A DNA stretch of 64,000 nt, from contig JAIBBX010000001.1 of NCBI GenBank assembly GCA_019694475.1, positions 128,001 to 192,000 of the forward strand. The letters run 5' to 3'. Made by a program: the position numbers and the translations under genes. This DNA is from Parachlamydiales bacterium (GTDB lineage Bacteria > Chlamydiota > Chlamydiia > Chlamydiales > SM23-39). This document shows positions 28,456 to 38,539 of this stretch, in pieces. The first letter of the stretch is position 1, and each line of letters begins with the position of its first letter. The notes beneath the pieces were generated by a model. It was not told where the DNA came from. It searched no databases and worked only from the letters and a program-made list of their open reading frames with translations.

Positions 28456-29507
28456 GTTATGCAGAGATCCAAAAAATTTTAGCCGATGATGCGGAAAACC
28501 TCTTAAAGCACATCTGCAAAACGGTGCCCAAAGAAAAGCTCCATTTACCTGGACCCGATTGGGTCGATCGGATCTTTGCTCCTAGCGACCGCAACATCCG
28601 TGTCTTGCGCAGCCTGCAGTCGTTATTCAACCATGGCAGATTGAGCGGCACAGGCTATCTCTCCATTTTACCTGTCGATCAAGGAATTGAACACACAGCC
28701 GGCGCCTCATTTGCTCCCAATCCCGAATATTTTGATCCAGAAAACATCGTCCGTCTCGCGATCGAGGGGGGATGTAATGCTGTGGCAAGTACACTTGGCG
28801 TGTTAGGCTCTGTGGCGAGAAAATATGCCCACAAAATTCCATTCCTTCTCAAATTCAATCACAATGAGTTGCTCCTCTACCCAAACATCCATGATCAGAC
28901 TCTTTTCGCCTCAGTCAAACAGGCCCACGATATGGGCTGTGTGGCGGTTGGCGCTACGATCTATTTCGGATCTGCCGAATCGCGAAGACAGATGCAAGAA
29001 GTGAGCGAGGCGTTTGCTCATGCTCATGAATTAGGCATGGCAACTGTTCTTTGGTGCTATTTGCGCAATCCAGCTTTTAAAACTGCAGAGAAAGACTATC
29101 ATGAGGCGGCAGATCTGACTGGCCAGGGCAATCATCTTGGTGTGACGATCGAGGCCGATATTGTGAAACAGAAATTGCCCACCTGCAATGGCGGCTTCAA
29201 GGCTCTGAAATTCGGCAAAACCGACGAGAAAATGTATTCCTCTCTTTGCACTGATCATCCTATTGATTTAACGCGCTATCAAGTCATCAATGGTTATATG
29301 GGCAGAATGGGGCTAATCAATTCCGGCGGTCCATCTGGCAAAAACGATTTGCATGAGGCTGCTGCAACCGCCGTCATCAATAAACGGGCTGGCGGCATGG
29401 GGTTAATTTCTGGGCGAAAAGCTTTTCAAAAGCCGATGAAAGACGGCGTTAAAATTCTGAATACCATTCAGGATGTGTATCTTGCTAAAGAGATCACTGT
29501 TGCTTAA
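28452..29507 (+). CDS. fbaB: Class I fructose-bisphosphate aldolase (FbaB/DhnA-type)
   Basis: It is colinear over nearly its full length with E. coli FbaB as I recall it ([70 protein letters not shown]). It has an ATGA overlap with the transporter gene. Confidence 0.9.
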   Translation: MSYAEIQKILADDAENLLKHICKTVPKEKLHLPGPDWVDRIFAPSDRNIRVLRSLQSLFNHGRLSGTGYLSILPVDQGIEHTAGASFAPNPEYFDPENIVRLAIEGGCNAVASTLGVLGSVARKYAHKIPFLLKFNHNELLLYPNIHDQTLFASVKQAHDMGCVAVGATIYFGSAESRRQMQEVSEAFAHAHELGMATVLWCYLRNPAFKTAEKDYHEAADLTGQGNHLGVTIEADIVKQKLPTCNGGFKALKFGKTDEKMYSSLCTDHPIDLTRYQVINGYMGRMGLINSGGPSGKNDLHEAAATAVINKRAGGMGLISGRKAFQKPMKDGVKILNTIQDVYLAKEITVA

Positions 29508-29560
29508 AATGCTCTCCTTGGGTCAAAATACCTCGTTTTTTACTAACCAGGGAACGATTT

Positions 29561-29872
29561 ATGACGACTCAAGCGACTGAGAGATTACGTGGAGTGCATT
29601 TTACCTCTGATGATGAATTGGAAGTGGTCCCTCCCGAACAAGATCCTGCTGCAAAATTAGTTGTTCAAGCGGCAACGCCTGCTCTACAAGAAACCCCTCA
29701 CAACAACACTCCTGCCGATTCGCCTAAGCATGCAGGTCAGGTAAGACAGCGAGTTCATTTTGAAACGCTGCGAGAAGAAACTACATCGGGAACCGCCTCT
29801 CCATCTGCAAGAAAAGCTGCAAGCTGCTGGCAGTCTTGCATGGCTTGCTTAACGCGATTTTGCCGCAAGTAG
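29561..29872 (+). CDS. Hypothetical protein (Pro/Thr-rich, Cys-rich C-terminus)
   Basis: 103-aa ORF with no recognised family. It ends in CWQSCMACLTRFCRK. Confidence 0.4.
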   Translation: MTTQATERLRGVHFTSDDELEVVPPEQDPAAKLVVQAATPALQETPHNNTPADSPKHAGQVRQRVHFETLREETTSGTASPSARKAASCWQSCMACLTRFCRK

Positions 29873-29884
29873 ATCATTTTCGTT

Positions 29885-30292
29885 TTAGCAGCAGCGAGAG
29901 TGAGGCGGGGGTTCGGGCTCTTTTCCTTCAACAAGTTCTTTTGCCGGTTCAGTCGCCCTCTTCAACAGAATCTCTTCCGCCAATCGAACGATTTGTCGGT
30001 CCATGTCGAGAGCCTGCTGGACTGCGTCGCGAACAGTCCACGTACTAAGCGCTGCGCCCAACTCTGTAGGGACGGGTTTTTTTAATAATTGCTCGTATGC
30101 CCGAATATCGCTTTGCGCGGATAGAAGAACGGAAGAGACTTTCTCTCTAGACAAGCCCGGTTTCGATAAATCGGCCAATGACATATGCGTATGCGTTGTG
30201 CAAAAGATTTTAGGTCCGCCTTCTACTTTGATCTCTAGCGTTTCGATGCGACGTTGACTAAAAATCAGTTCACCCACAGGCCGTGCTGCCAT
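29885..30292 (-). CDS. Hypothetical protein ending in -CC
   Basis: 135-aa ORF with a GGAGA SD upstream of the ATG at 30292. No family was recognised. Confidence 0.5.
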   Translation of the reverse strand: MAARPVGELIFSQRRIETLEIKVEGGPKIFCTTHTHMSLADLSKPGLSREKVSSVLLSAQSDIRAYEQLLKKPVPTELGAALSTWTVRDAVQQALDMDRQIVRLAEEILLKRATEPAKELVEGKEPEPPPHSRCC

Positions 30293-30354
30293 AATCTGTC
30301 TCCAATTTCTTTAAAACGCGTGCAGTTTATTGAAGAATAGAAATTATAGCAATA

Positions 30355-31788
30355 TCACTTCCGTTCGAAGTCGATGTGTCCTTTGTAAACATCGACATGG
30401 ATGAGTTTGACTTTGAGGAAATCGCCGACGTCGACTCCTTCAAAGCCTTTAACCAATTTTCCTTCGAGAGCAGGAGTCATCAATCGAACCCACGTTCCTT
30501 TGGGAGCAGCGCCTGTGACCATGGCATCGAACACCTTGCCGATCTCATTTTGCAAAACAGCTGCCGCAGCGCATTTGATGAGCCGCCGCTCTACTTTGTC
30601 GGCATCATCTTCTTTTTTTGTGCATTGAGCTGCGAGTTCGGCGAGCTCGCTTTTAGAGTAGGGGAGGGGATAGCCAAAAAGAGAGCTCTTCAGAAGTCTT
30701 TGCATCATGAGATCGGCAAATCGTCTATTGGGAGCTGTTGCATGGCAATATTCGTGTTCGGCTAAATCAAAGTGGCCCGGCGAGGCTTTTCCAGGAATTC
30801 CCAGAACATATTCACCTCTCCCAAGCAGTTTGATCATCGCCAAGGACAAATCTGGGAACTGCAAAGGAGCCTCACGTTGCTGTTTGAGCAAAAATTGTCT
30901 TAAGGCTTTGGGATCGGGTTTTGGCGGCAGCTCATCGCCGGCGTCTCTGGCAAGAGAGACAATCCTATCCCACCGTTTCGGGATTTTTACGACTCTGCGG
31001 ATTGTCGGAAACCCCCGGTCTTTCAAAAACCGAGTGGCGGCCACATTTGCGGCGATCATTGAGTTTTCAATCAATTTGTGCGCACGGTTGATCTCTCTTT
31101 CTTCCAAGGAGACTGGAACGCCTTGCACAATGACCGCTTGCAGCTGGATGATGCCGAATTCAAGAGCTCCTTTGCTTGCTCGAAAGGCTTGGATCTTTTG
31201 CGCAAGGCTGTCTTGCAAAGTTAGCTGTTCTTTCAAGCCGGCAATTGCAGGCATTGGGTTTTTGCAAATCCTGTGCTCCAGCCAAGCTCCGACGCATGGG
31301 TAGTTGAGTTTTGCGTGGTTGTGGACCCACGCATGATAAATATCATGAAGCTCAAATCTTCCGTCTTGATCTATCTTTATTTCGACAACGATGGCACACC
31401 GGTCTGTTTTTTCATTCAATGAGGTCAAGTTGGTCGAAAGCTTCAACGGGAGCATGGGGAAGATTTTAGCAGGTGTATAGACAGATGTCGTATTGTGGGC
31501 TCCTCTTAAATCGATGGCCGATTTCTTTTTTACAAGGGCATCGACATCGGCAATGGCTACATAAAGCCGATCTTTTTCAGCATAGGTAAGCTGGTCTAAA
31601 TCTTTGGAGTCCACGTTATCGATAGAGACCCAGAGAAGCTGCCGCATGTCTCGGATGGTATCATGGGGTTTTGCGGGAGCTGTCAGCGATTCCAATTCGG
31701 CTTGGATCTTTTCTGAAAAATCGGGAATAAATCCGCGCTCAATCATCGCCTCATGAGCGATCTCTTCTAGCGTGATCTTTTTGGACAT
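30355..31788 (-). CDS. RNB-domain exoribonuclease (RNase II/R family, short form) with a C-terminal S1-like domain
   Basis: The RNB motif is HFDLAEHEYCHATAPNRRFADLMMQR (compare Y.HFTSPIRRY.D). The C-terminal OB/S1-like segment reads FDAMVTGAAPKGTWVRL. It lacks the N-terminal cold-shock domains of full-length RNase R. Confidence 0.75.
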   Translation of the reverse strand: MSKKITLEEIAHEAMIERGFIPDFSEKIQAELESLTAPAKPHDTIRDMRQLLWVSIDNVDSKDLDQLTYAEKDRLYVAIADVDALVKKKSAIDLRGAHNTTSVYTPAKIFPMLPLKLSTNLTSLNEKTDRCAIVVEIKIDQDGRFELHDIYHAWVHNHAKLNYPCVGAWLEHRICKNPMPAIAGLKEQLTLQDSLAQKIQAFRASKGALEFGIIQLQAVIVQGVPVSLEEREINRAHKLIENSMIAANVAATRFLKDRGFPTIRRVVKIPKRWDRIVSLARDAGDELPPKPDPKALRQFLLKQQREAPLQFPDLSLAMIKLLGRGEYVLGIPGKASPGHFDLAEHEYCHATAPNRRFADLMMQRLLKSSLFGYPLPYSKSELAELAAQCTKKEDDADKVERRLIKCAAAAVLQNEIGKVFDAMVTGAAPKGTWVRLMTPALEGKLVKGFEGVDVGDFLKVKLIHVDVYKGHIDFERK

Positions 31789-31852
31789 GACTGTATCCTC
31801 AAACTCCTTTTATCTAATTACAGATTTGACTGAAAGCGATTTGACAGAACTG

Positions 31853-32305
31853 CTAAGAACCCGCATCTTCCAAAGTTGGCAAGTGTACGAGTATTTGCGG
31901 AGCATGAGGGGAATGTTCTAAGGCAAGAGGAGGTAAATATGGAGTTGCTTCAAGGTCTGCAATATCCATTACAGGAACGGGATCTTGCACTCTTTCCGAA
32001 TCAAAATTCTTGTTTAGAAAGTGAATGATTTGAATCGCCGACTTGATTTGATAGACATCGCCGTCCGGCAGCTGTTCAGCTTGAATTTTGTAAGCACGCT
32101 CTCCGGGAATTCTTTGTCCTTTCATCACTCTGAGATAGGGAACAATCCTCTCATTCAATTTTGTGGCCATGGAATCAAATGAGGCCCTATCATTGAAGGT
32201 AAGTTTGACCCACCTGCCCGCAGGTTCGGCTGAATTGCAAAATGATGCATGCAGCAATCCTGGCATCTTCAAACCATGCACACCATTCCAAACTACAGCT
32301 CCCAT
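31853..32305 (-). CDS. Hypothetical protein
   Basis: The ATG at 32305 is preceded by a GAGGT SD. No family was recognised. Confidence 0.5.
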   Translation of the reverse strand: MGAVVWNGVHGLKMPGLLHASFCNSAEPAGRWVKLTFNDRASFDSMATKLNERIVPYLRVMKGQRIPGERAYKIQAEQLPDGDVYQIKSAIQIIHFLNKNFDSERVQDPVPVMDIADLEATPYLPPLALEHSPHAPQILVHLPTLEDAGS

Positions 32306-32349
32306 ATTCAACCTCAATTTTTTTCAAAAATTATATGTGAATTCTTATT

Positions 32350-33621
32350 TTATTCCCAAGGGAATGGGCGAATTGGTTTTGGAATGTCTTTTTCTTCTTT
32401 CTTCGAAAAAAGACCTTCGAAAATGCCCGTTTTAGGAATGGCGATAAGGCCAGCGATTTTTGCAGCGGCTGCTGTCTTATCGATCTCAGGCTTTTTGGTT
32501 GTTCCTTTCACAGGAATTTTTAAAACATAATTTTTGGGCAGGTCTTTAATTCCAAAAGCCTTCTCTAATGCATCGGCAGGAAGTCCAAGAATCATGTCGA
32601 GTTTGTCTTTGACAAGATCGATTTTTCCCCATGTGCAAATGTGGATCGAGTCGGCAAGGAGTGCGTCCATTCGGCCTGCTTTCAAAACACCTCCGCTGAT
32701 TTGAAAGGAGACTGGAGTAAACCAGGCATTCATCTCAGGTGCCCTTGTTAGAAGATCCGCTTTAAGAAGTGCGACGATTGTTTGCAGCGATTCCCCATTT
32801 TGACAGCGTACTTTGCCAAGATCCAGGGTTGCATTTCCTACTTTGAGATTTACGAGAGAAAAAGGTAGGGGGAAGAAAAATCCATCGGGCTCGATGTGCA
32901 AACGGACTGGATTTGCAGAAGAAACGCCTGTTACAAAAAGAGGATTAGCGTCTTTTAAAAGAAGAGCGCTCATCTCAGGTGTGAGCCTGATTGAGGCATC
33001 GAGGGGAGCGCTTAGCGTCATCCCTTGCTCAGTCAAGATTCCTTTGAGATGCGTTTGTCCGTTGGCAGCTGTTGCCGAAAGATCGATGTTTCCTTTTCCT
33101 TCATCCATGCTAATTGTGCCAAAAAGATCCAGCGTAGGCCCTAATAGAGCATCGAGCTTCTGGTCGATCACGATGAGTGGAAACTGTTTGATATCGATCT
33201 GAACGTGGAAATGGAGTTTTGAGTAGACTTGTCCTTTGAGGGAGATGTGTCCTTGGAGCGTGATGCCAGTCAGAGTAAAATCATTTCCAACGATTTGCCC
33301 TTCCACCTGCTCCACTTTTCCGCCCTGATAGGAGATTTCGCCCTTTTTAAGCTGAAAAGCTCCTGAAAATTTCCAAAAAGGGGCCTCAATGATGAGCTCT
33401 TGAAAAGAACCACTCACTGCATCGCGCTGAAAAGAAACACCCTGGAATACTTGGGGTCCAAACCAGGAGAGTTTGAGCGAATCGACTTGAACGTCAGCCT
33501 GGCTTTTTTTGGCAAGGGCGCGAACAAAAAGCGGTTTGCCAATCGCAGTCGATGCAATTTGAGGAATAAAAATAAGGATCAACAGGAACAGAATCCCAAA
33601 CCAAATCAGCCATTTCCGCAT
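32350..33621 (-). CDS. Hypothetical N-terminally membrane-anchored protein (AsmA-like N-terminus)
   Basis: 423 aa. A single N-terminal TM segment (WLIWFGILFLLILIFIP) is followed by beta-rich sequence. It overlaps the Nudix gene by 16 nt. Confidence 0.6.
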   Translation of the reverse strand: MRKWLIWFGILFLLILIFIPQIASTAIGKPLFVRALAKKSQADVQVDSLKLSWFGPQVFQGVSFQRDAVSGSFQELIIEAPFWKFSGAFQLKKGEISYQGGKVEQVEGQIVGNDFTLTGITLQGHISLKGQVYSKLHFHVQIDIKQFPLIVIDQKLDALLGPTLDLFGTISMDEGKGNIDLSATAANGQTHLKGILTEQGMTLSAPLDASIRLTPEMSALLLKDANPLFVTGVSSANPVRLHIEPDGFFFPLPFSLVNLKVGNATLDLGKVRCQNGESLQTIVALLKADLLTRAPEMNAWFTPVSFQISGGVLKAGRMDALLADSIHICTWGKIDLVKDKLDMILGLPADALEKAFGIKDLPKNYVLKIPVKGTTKKPEIDKTAAAAKIAGLIAIPKTGIFEGLFSKKEEKDIPKPIRPFPWE

Positions 33622-34154
33622 ACGATATACCGTAAAATCCCTGCAATTGTTTTGGCGTCGCGGATCCTATTTTCTGTGATCAGATGTTTTGCTTCATTTA
33701 GAGTGACGGGCAAAAGATCGATCATCTCTCCATCATCGGGGGGTAAGGGAGAAGGATAAAGATCTTCGGCTAAAAACATATGGAGAAACTCATCGCAAAA
33801 GCCGGGCGCGCTATAAAATCCGCCGAAAGGTTTTATTTTTTTTGCGGCAAAACCGGTCTCTTCTTGCAACTCCCGTTTCGCGCAAGCAAGGGGCTCTTCG
33901 CCTTTTTCAAGCCCGCCTGCCGGAAGCTCAATTGTGATTTCGCCTACAGCGCGGCGCCACTGCTGCACAAGAAGAATGCGCCCATCTGCGGCTATGGGAA
34001 GAATAACGACCGCTCCGCCATGCTTGATCACTTCAAAAGTCTTTGATTTTCCAAGAACATCAAAGGTTTCTAGCTGCAGGGTAATGATTTTCCCTTTGTA
34101 AACCAGCTTATTCTCGATGCTTTTTTCTTGCTCTTTTTGTTGGATCGATCTCAT
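33606..34154 (-). CDS. Nudix hydrolase (ADP-ribose pyrophosphatase-like)
   Basis: The Nudix box GGLEKGEEPLACAKRELQEETGF is intact. It has an ATGA overlap with the glmS stop. Confidence 0.85.
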   Translation of the reverse strand: MRSIQQKEQEKSIENKLVYKGKIITLQLETFDVLGKSKTFEVIKHGGAVVILPIAADGRILLVQQWRRAVGEITIELPAGGLEKGEEPLACAKRELQEETGFAAKKIKPFGGFYSAPGFCDEFLHMFLAEDLYPSPLPPDDGEMIDLLPVTLNEAKHLITENRIRDAKTIAGILRYIVCGNG

Positions 34155-35929
34155 TCAACAGTGACCGATTTGGCAAGGTTTCTGGGCTGATCGATATCGC
34201 ATCCACGCTCTTTGGCAACAAAATAGGCAAAAAGCTGGCCTGCAACAGTGGATGCAAATGGAGAGAGGGGATCGGTTGTTTCCGGTAGCCAAATCACATC
34301 GTCGGCGATTTTAGAGATCCCTTTTAAATGCTCTGGCGCCAAGGCAAGAATGGGAGCGCCTCGAGCTTTGACCTCTTGCAAATTGCTGACGATCTTTTCC
34401 TCTGTCTGGTGGTTGGCGCAGAAGGCAATGACAGGAAAGTTGGAATCTATGAGAGCGATCGGCCCATGTTTTAGTTCTCCGGCCGCATATCCATTGGCGT
34501 TGACGTACGAGATCTCTTTGAGTTTGAGCGCAGCTTCCATGCAAGTCGGGAACATATAGCGCCGTCCCATGAAGAAAAAGTTGTCGTATCGGCTGTATTT
34601 TTTCGCAATATGCTGGATCCGAGGTTCTTGTTCTAAAACTTTTTCGATTTGTGCAGGGATTTTTTTGAGCTCGTCTATATTTCCTTTGCCTGAGAAGTAG
34701 AGGGCAAAAAGATAGAGAACGGTGATCTGCGAAGTAAATGCTTTTGTTGAACAAACGCTCACTTCAGTGCCTGCTTTTAGGAAAATGCATCCATCAGTTT
34801 CTCTCGTAAGGGTCGAGTTTTTTACGTTGCAGATACCGAGCACTTTGAACCCGCGCGATTTCATTTCTCTTACGGCGGAAATTGTGTCGGCTGTTTCTCC
34901 TGACTGGCTGATCGCGACGACGAGGGTATTTTGAGGCAAAAGGCGATATCGGGCTTCCGACGCGATTTCGTAGTGGGAAGGAATGCCGGCCAGATCTTCT
35001 AAGAAAAGAGCGCCGATCGCCCCAGCATGAGCCGATGTGCCGCAGCCGATAAAACAAACTTGGGACGCAGAACGGAAATCATGCGAAAGCGATTCAAATT
35101 GGACGAGTCCGTCCTCAAAACGACCGAGATAGGCTTTTTGGATTGTGGAGGGCTGTTCATGGATCTCTTTGAGCATAAAGTGTTCAAAGCCCTCTTTGGA
35201 AGGGGCTCCGCTTCCTGCGTCGAGCCGCTCTGTTTTTTTAGCAATCGGATTTAAATTCTTATCAAAGACTGAGACTTTGCCTCTTTCGACCTTAGCGATC
35301 TCGTCGCCGCGCAAGAAGAGGATGTTGAGTTTTTTTCCTAAAAAAGCGTTCGGATCGGATGAAATGATGGATTCAGTCCTTTCGTCATCGACTCCGATGG
35401 AAAGAGGACATTCTCTTGCTGCAACGACGATTTCTCCGGGATGGGCTTTGTGAAGGAGAGCAAAAGCAAAGTGTCCTTTTACGTGAGAAAGAGCTTTTTG
35501 CACTGCGGCAACCAAATCGCCTTCATAGAATTTAGAAATGAGGTTTGTTAGCACTTCCGTATCTGTCTCAGTCTGAAAGCGCACCCCTTGTTTTTGCATC
35601 TCGTCTTTCAATGCATCATAGTTTTCGATGATTCCATTGTGGACAAGCGCAATCGAATCTTGGAAATCTTGATGCGGATGAGCGTTGACTGGAGTCACTT
35701 TGCCGTGCGTTGCCCATCGGGTGTGACCGATTGCAATTTCCAGTCTTTCAAGGGTCAGCTTCTCTTTAAGCTTGGAAAGTTTGCCGACTTCTTTACAAAC
35801 TGCGATTTGTCCATCGACAAGACCTGCGATGCCTGTCGAGTCATACCCGCGGTATTCGAGCTGTTCAAGCCCCAAAATACAAGTCTTCAAAGGATCATCT
35901 TTTCCGATGTAGCCAAAAATACCGCACAT
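34151..35929 (-). CDS. glmS: Glutamine--fructose-6-phosphate aminotransferase
   Basis: The ATG at 35929 gives MCGIFGYIG, the Ntn Cys nucleophile. Two SIS domains follow, and the C-terminus is KSVTVE. The 41-codon N-terminal extension in the ORF track is rejected. Confidence 0.95.
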   Translation of the reverse strand: MCGIFGYIGKDDPLKTCILGLEQLEYRGYDSTGIAGLVDGQIAVCKEVGKLSKLKEKLTLERLEIAIGHTRWATHGKVTPVNAHPHQDFQDSIALVHNGIIENYDALKDEMQKQGVRFQTETDTEVLTNLISKFYEGDLVAAVQKALSHVKGHFAFALLHKAHPGEIVVAARECPLSIGVDDERTESIISSDPNAFLGKKLNILFLRGDEIAKVERGKVSVFDKNLNPIAKKTERLDAGSGAPSKEGFEHFMLKEIHEQPSTIQKAYLGRFEDGLVQFESLSHDFRSASQVCFIGCGTSAHAGAIGALFLEDLAGIPSHYEIASEARYRLLPQNTLVVAISQSGETADTISAVREMKSRGFKVLGICNVKNSTLTRETDGCIFLKAGTEVSVCSTKAFTSQITVLYLFALYFSGKGNIDELKKIPAQIEKVLEQEPRIQHIAKKYSRYDNFFFMGRRYMFPTCMEAALKLKEISYVNANGYAAGELKHGPIALIDSNFPVIAFCANHQTEEKIVSNLQEVKARGAPILALAPEHLKGISKIADDVIWLPETTDPLSPFASTVAGQLFAYFVAKERGCDIDQPRNLAKSVTVE

Positions 35930-35930
35930 A

Positions 35931-36728
35931 CTATTCTCCTCTGACCGCCAATATTGCCATAAAGAGCGGGATTTCTTTTCGCGCTCGATCTTCCATTTTC
36001 GCTTTTGCCCCTTCGCTTTTTTTATCCGAGCACCACTCTTCGATAGTTTCAATGAAAAGTCCCGCCGCTTTCAACCACGCGCTGATGTCAGTGAGAGAAT
36101 GGTGATACGAATAGGTGGTAGGCGACTGTCCTTTTTGGCCGGGATTCGTTTGAATGGGGATTTTTTGTGCGCTCATATAGCTTTCAATCTTTCGGTACTG
36201 GAGCTTTTTTTGTTCTTCGACGCCCCAGCCGCTTTGTCTTGGAATACGAAAACAGGGGTGGTTGAGAACAAGAAGCAACTTCCCTCCTTTCTTCAATTTC
36301 TTTGCAGCAACTCCAATGGCTGCTTTCCCATTTTCCATATTTTGCAAACTCAAAATAAACGCAGCGCGATCAAATCCATCTTCTTCAATTGGTAGTTCTT
36401 CTGCAGCATCAGCGACAATGAATTTTCCGTGCTTTGATAATTTTTTTGCTGAAGCGATAAGCGCTTTGGATTGATCTATGCCTACGTACTCTGTATCTTT
36501 AGATATTTGCCTTGCAAGAACGCCTTGTCCGCAGCCAAGATCGAGCAGCGATGAAAATTTGCCGAGAAGACGAAAAACATTCGGCAGCACAACTGCTTGG
36601 TGATAATAGTGTCCTTTTTCACCAACGCAGGCAGTGTACCAACTCTCTGAAGGGTCCCAATTCTTTGTCATACCGACAAAGATCTTATCGATCTCATCAA
36701 TACTGAGCAAGTTTTCTTGCAGTTGCAA
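35931..36728 (-). CDS. Class I SAM-dependent methyltransferase
   Basis: It has motif I LLDLGCGQGVLA and post-I and motif II elements (KLKKGGKLLLVLNHP). Confidence 0.75.
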   Translation of the reverse strand: MQLQENLLSIDEIDKIFVGMTKNWDPSESWYTACVGEKGHYYHQAVVLPNVFRLLGKFSSLLDLGCGQGVLARQISKDTEYVGIDQSKALIASAKKLSKHGKFIVADAAEELPIEEDGFDRAAFILSLQNMENGKAAIGVAAKKLKKGGKLLLVLNHPCFRIPRQSGWGVEEQKKLQYRKIESYMSAQKIPIQTNPGQKGQSPTTYSYHHSLTDISAWLKAAGLFIETIEEWCSDKKSEGAKAKMEDRARKEIPLFMAILAVRGE

Positions 36729-37092
36729 TAGGATAGACGTCAGGAAGAAGTGTCTCGTCGGGATAGTTGAACCTTCCCATTTTATAATCGTAAAATGCGA
36801 GAACTAGATTGACGACCGGAATCATTGCGATTGCGCCTCTGACTACATTCGCAAGTCCATGAATACAGTGGATTGTTCCGAGATTGATAGCATGGCGAAT
36901 TTTTTCATTCGATTTTGTAAAAAGACTGAAGATGCTTTTGAGATAGGCGAAAACGATTCCAGCAATCGCTTGGACTGCGCCCGCTAATATGCGGACCATC
37001 CCGCTAAACGATGCGAAAAACGGGACTCTGTCAATCGGGTTGATGAATTGCTCAACCGTTGCAATAGCATTTTGAATCATTATCCCCTCCAA
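36697..37092 (-). CDS. Hypothetical small membrane protein
   Basis: 131 aa with two hydrophobic regions (ILAGAVQAIAGIVFAYL and GAIAMIPVVNLVLAFY). No family was recognised. Confidence 0.5.
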   Translation of the reverse strand: MEGIMIQNAIATVEQFINPIDRVPFFASFSGMVRILAGAVQAIAGIVFAYLKSIFSLFTKSNEKIRHAINLGTIHCIHGLANVVRGAIAMIPVVNLVLAFYDYKMGRFNYPDETLLPDVYPIATARKLAQY

Positions 37093-37131
37093 ATTTGGAG
37101 AAGAAAAATATCGCTTTTGTAAATTTTTTTT

Positions 37132-38511
37132 CTACAGTTTTTTATGCCAGTGCGGTTTTCGCGAAGCAAAAATGAGGAAGGGAGCTGCGCAGAAAATGAT
37201 TGTGGCTCCAATGAGGAATGATTCGAGAATGATCAAACTTCCCGTATCGATCTGGCTTGGCGGGAAGAAACTGATGAAGAATCCAAACCCCGCTCCAATG
37301 ATTCCTAGAATCGAAAACAACCAAAGAGCTGGGACTTTATAAAGTCTTGGCACATGAGGCGCTTTTTTTCGGAGCACAATTGCCGAAATGAACATGAGAA
37401 CATACATGATCATGTAGAGCAAAGAGGCCAATGCGACGAGCGCCCAATAGGAGCTGTTTACGCTTGGCATAAAGAGGAACACAAGCGAGAGCACAGTGAC
37501 GATCAGAGCCTGTGTAATCAAAATGTTGGTAGGCATTCCATGGGCATTCGCCTTGTGGAAAATCGGAGGGAGGTCGCCATGTTCTGCAGTTGCATATAAC
37601 CCTCGGCTAGGTCCGACGATCCAGGTGCTCATCATTCCAAGTGCGCCAAAGGCGGTAATCGCCGCGATGATCGGCATGGCCCATGGCATTTGGAATGCGG
37701 CAAAAAGATACCGGAAGGCCTCCATTCCGCCCGAAGCGAGCTGGATTTTTTCATTCGGGACAATCGCAGCAATAGCTAAAGCGCCCAACGTAGAAAAAAC
37801 CAGGATTAGTACGGCCGATAGGAAAATGCCTCTTGGATAATCTCTTTGCGGATTGCGCACTTCTTTGGCATGAACTGCCGACATTTCCATGCCTGCAAGG
37901 CCTAGCAATACTCCCGAAAGGAGGACAAGTTGATTGATCGAAGATAAGTCGGGAACCAATGCTTTGAGAGAAAAATCGATTTGTACCGGATGTCCGCCAA
38001 TGACCCAAAAAGCTCCCATCAACACGATGAGGACAATAGGAATGATTGTTCCAAAAAGGGCTGTAATCGAGCTGATCCAGCCAGATACCTTCATGCCAAA
38101 AAAATTGACAAATGTCATAACCCAGAAGGTGACTAAAACAACGGCTAGCACAAAGATTTTATGATTAGCCAGCTCCGGGTTGATAATATAGGCGAATGTG
38201 GAGGCGATGAATGATAAAATGGTCGGATACCAAATTACGTTTTCGATCCATTCAAGCCAAATAGCCAAGAATCCCATTCGAGGCCCCAGCGCTGTCTTGA
38301 CCCAGGTGTAAATTCCTCTTTCAGGCCAGCCCGAAGCAAGTTCGGCTGAAATCAAAGCGACCGGAATAAAGAAAAATATTGCAGAGAGGGCCAGAAACAA
38401 AATAACCGAAAGGCCATACTCTGCAAGAAGGGGGAAATTTTTGATGTTTGTGATCGCGCATACGTTAATGAGTGCGATCATCGAAGCTGTTAAGATCCGT
38501 TTTTGAAACAT
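37132..38511 (-). CDS. APC-superfamily amino acid transporter (GadC/YjeM-like)
   Basis: 459 aa with about 12 TM segments. The N-terminal motif is NIKNFPLLAEYGLSVILFL...ISAELASGWPERGIYTWV. Confidence 0.8.
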   Translation of the reverse strand: MFQKRILTASMIALINVCAITNIKNFPLLAEYGLSVILFLALSAIFFFIPVALISAELASGWPERGIYTWVKTALGPRMGFLAIWLEWIENVIWYPTILSFIASTFAYIINPELANHKIFVLAVVLVTFWVMTFVNFFGMKVSGWISSITALFGTIIPIVLIVLMGAFWVIGGHPVQIDFSLKALVPDLSSINQLVLLSGVLLGLAGMEMSAVHAKEVRNPQRDYPRGIFLSAVLILVFSTLGALAIAAIVPNEKIQLASGGMEAFRYLFAAFQMPWAMPIIAAITAFGALGMMSTWIVGPSRGLYATAEHGDLPPIFHKANAHGMPTNILITQALIVTVLSLVFLFMPSVNSSYWALVALASLLYMIMYVLMFISAIVLRKKAPHVPRLYKVPALWLFSILGIIGAGFGFFISFFPPSQIDTGSLIILESFLIGATIIFCAAPFLIFASRKPHWHKKL

Positions 38512-38539
38512 AGTTTGGAATAATAACAGCTTTTACAAT

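Noticed and set aside
35930-36052. A 41-codon N-terminal extension of glmS, and similar ORF-track extensions on gatB, rnhC, recN, oppA/B/C/F-type genes, cspA, the OMP gene and the epimerase gene.
   Set aside because: In each case an internal start reproduces the canonical family N-terminus (for example MCGIFGY). It also creates a typical 1-8-nt junction with the upstream gene. The extensions would overlap neighbouring genes.
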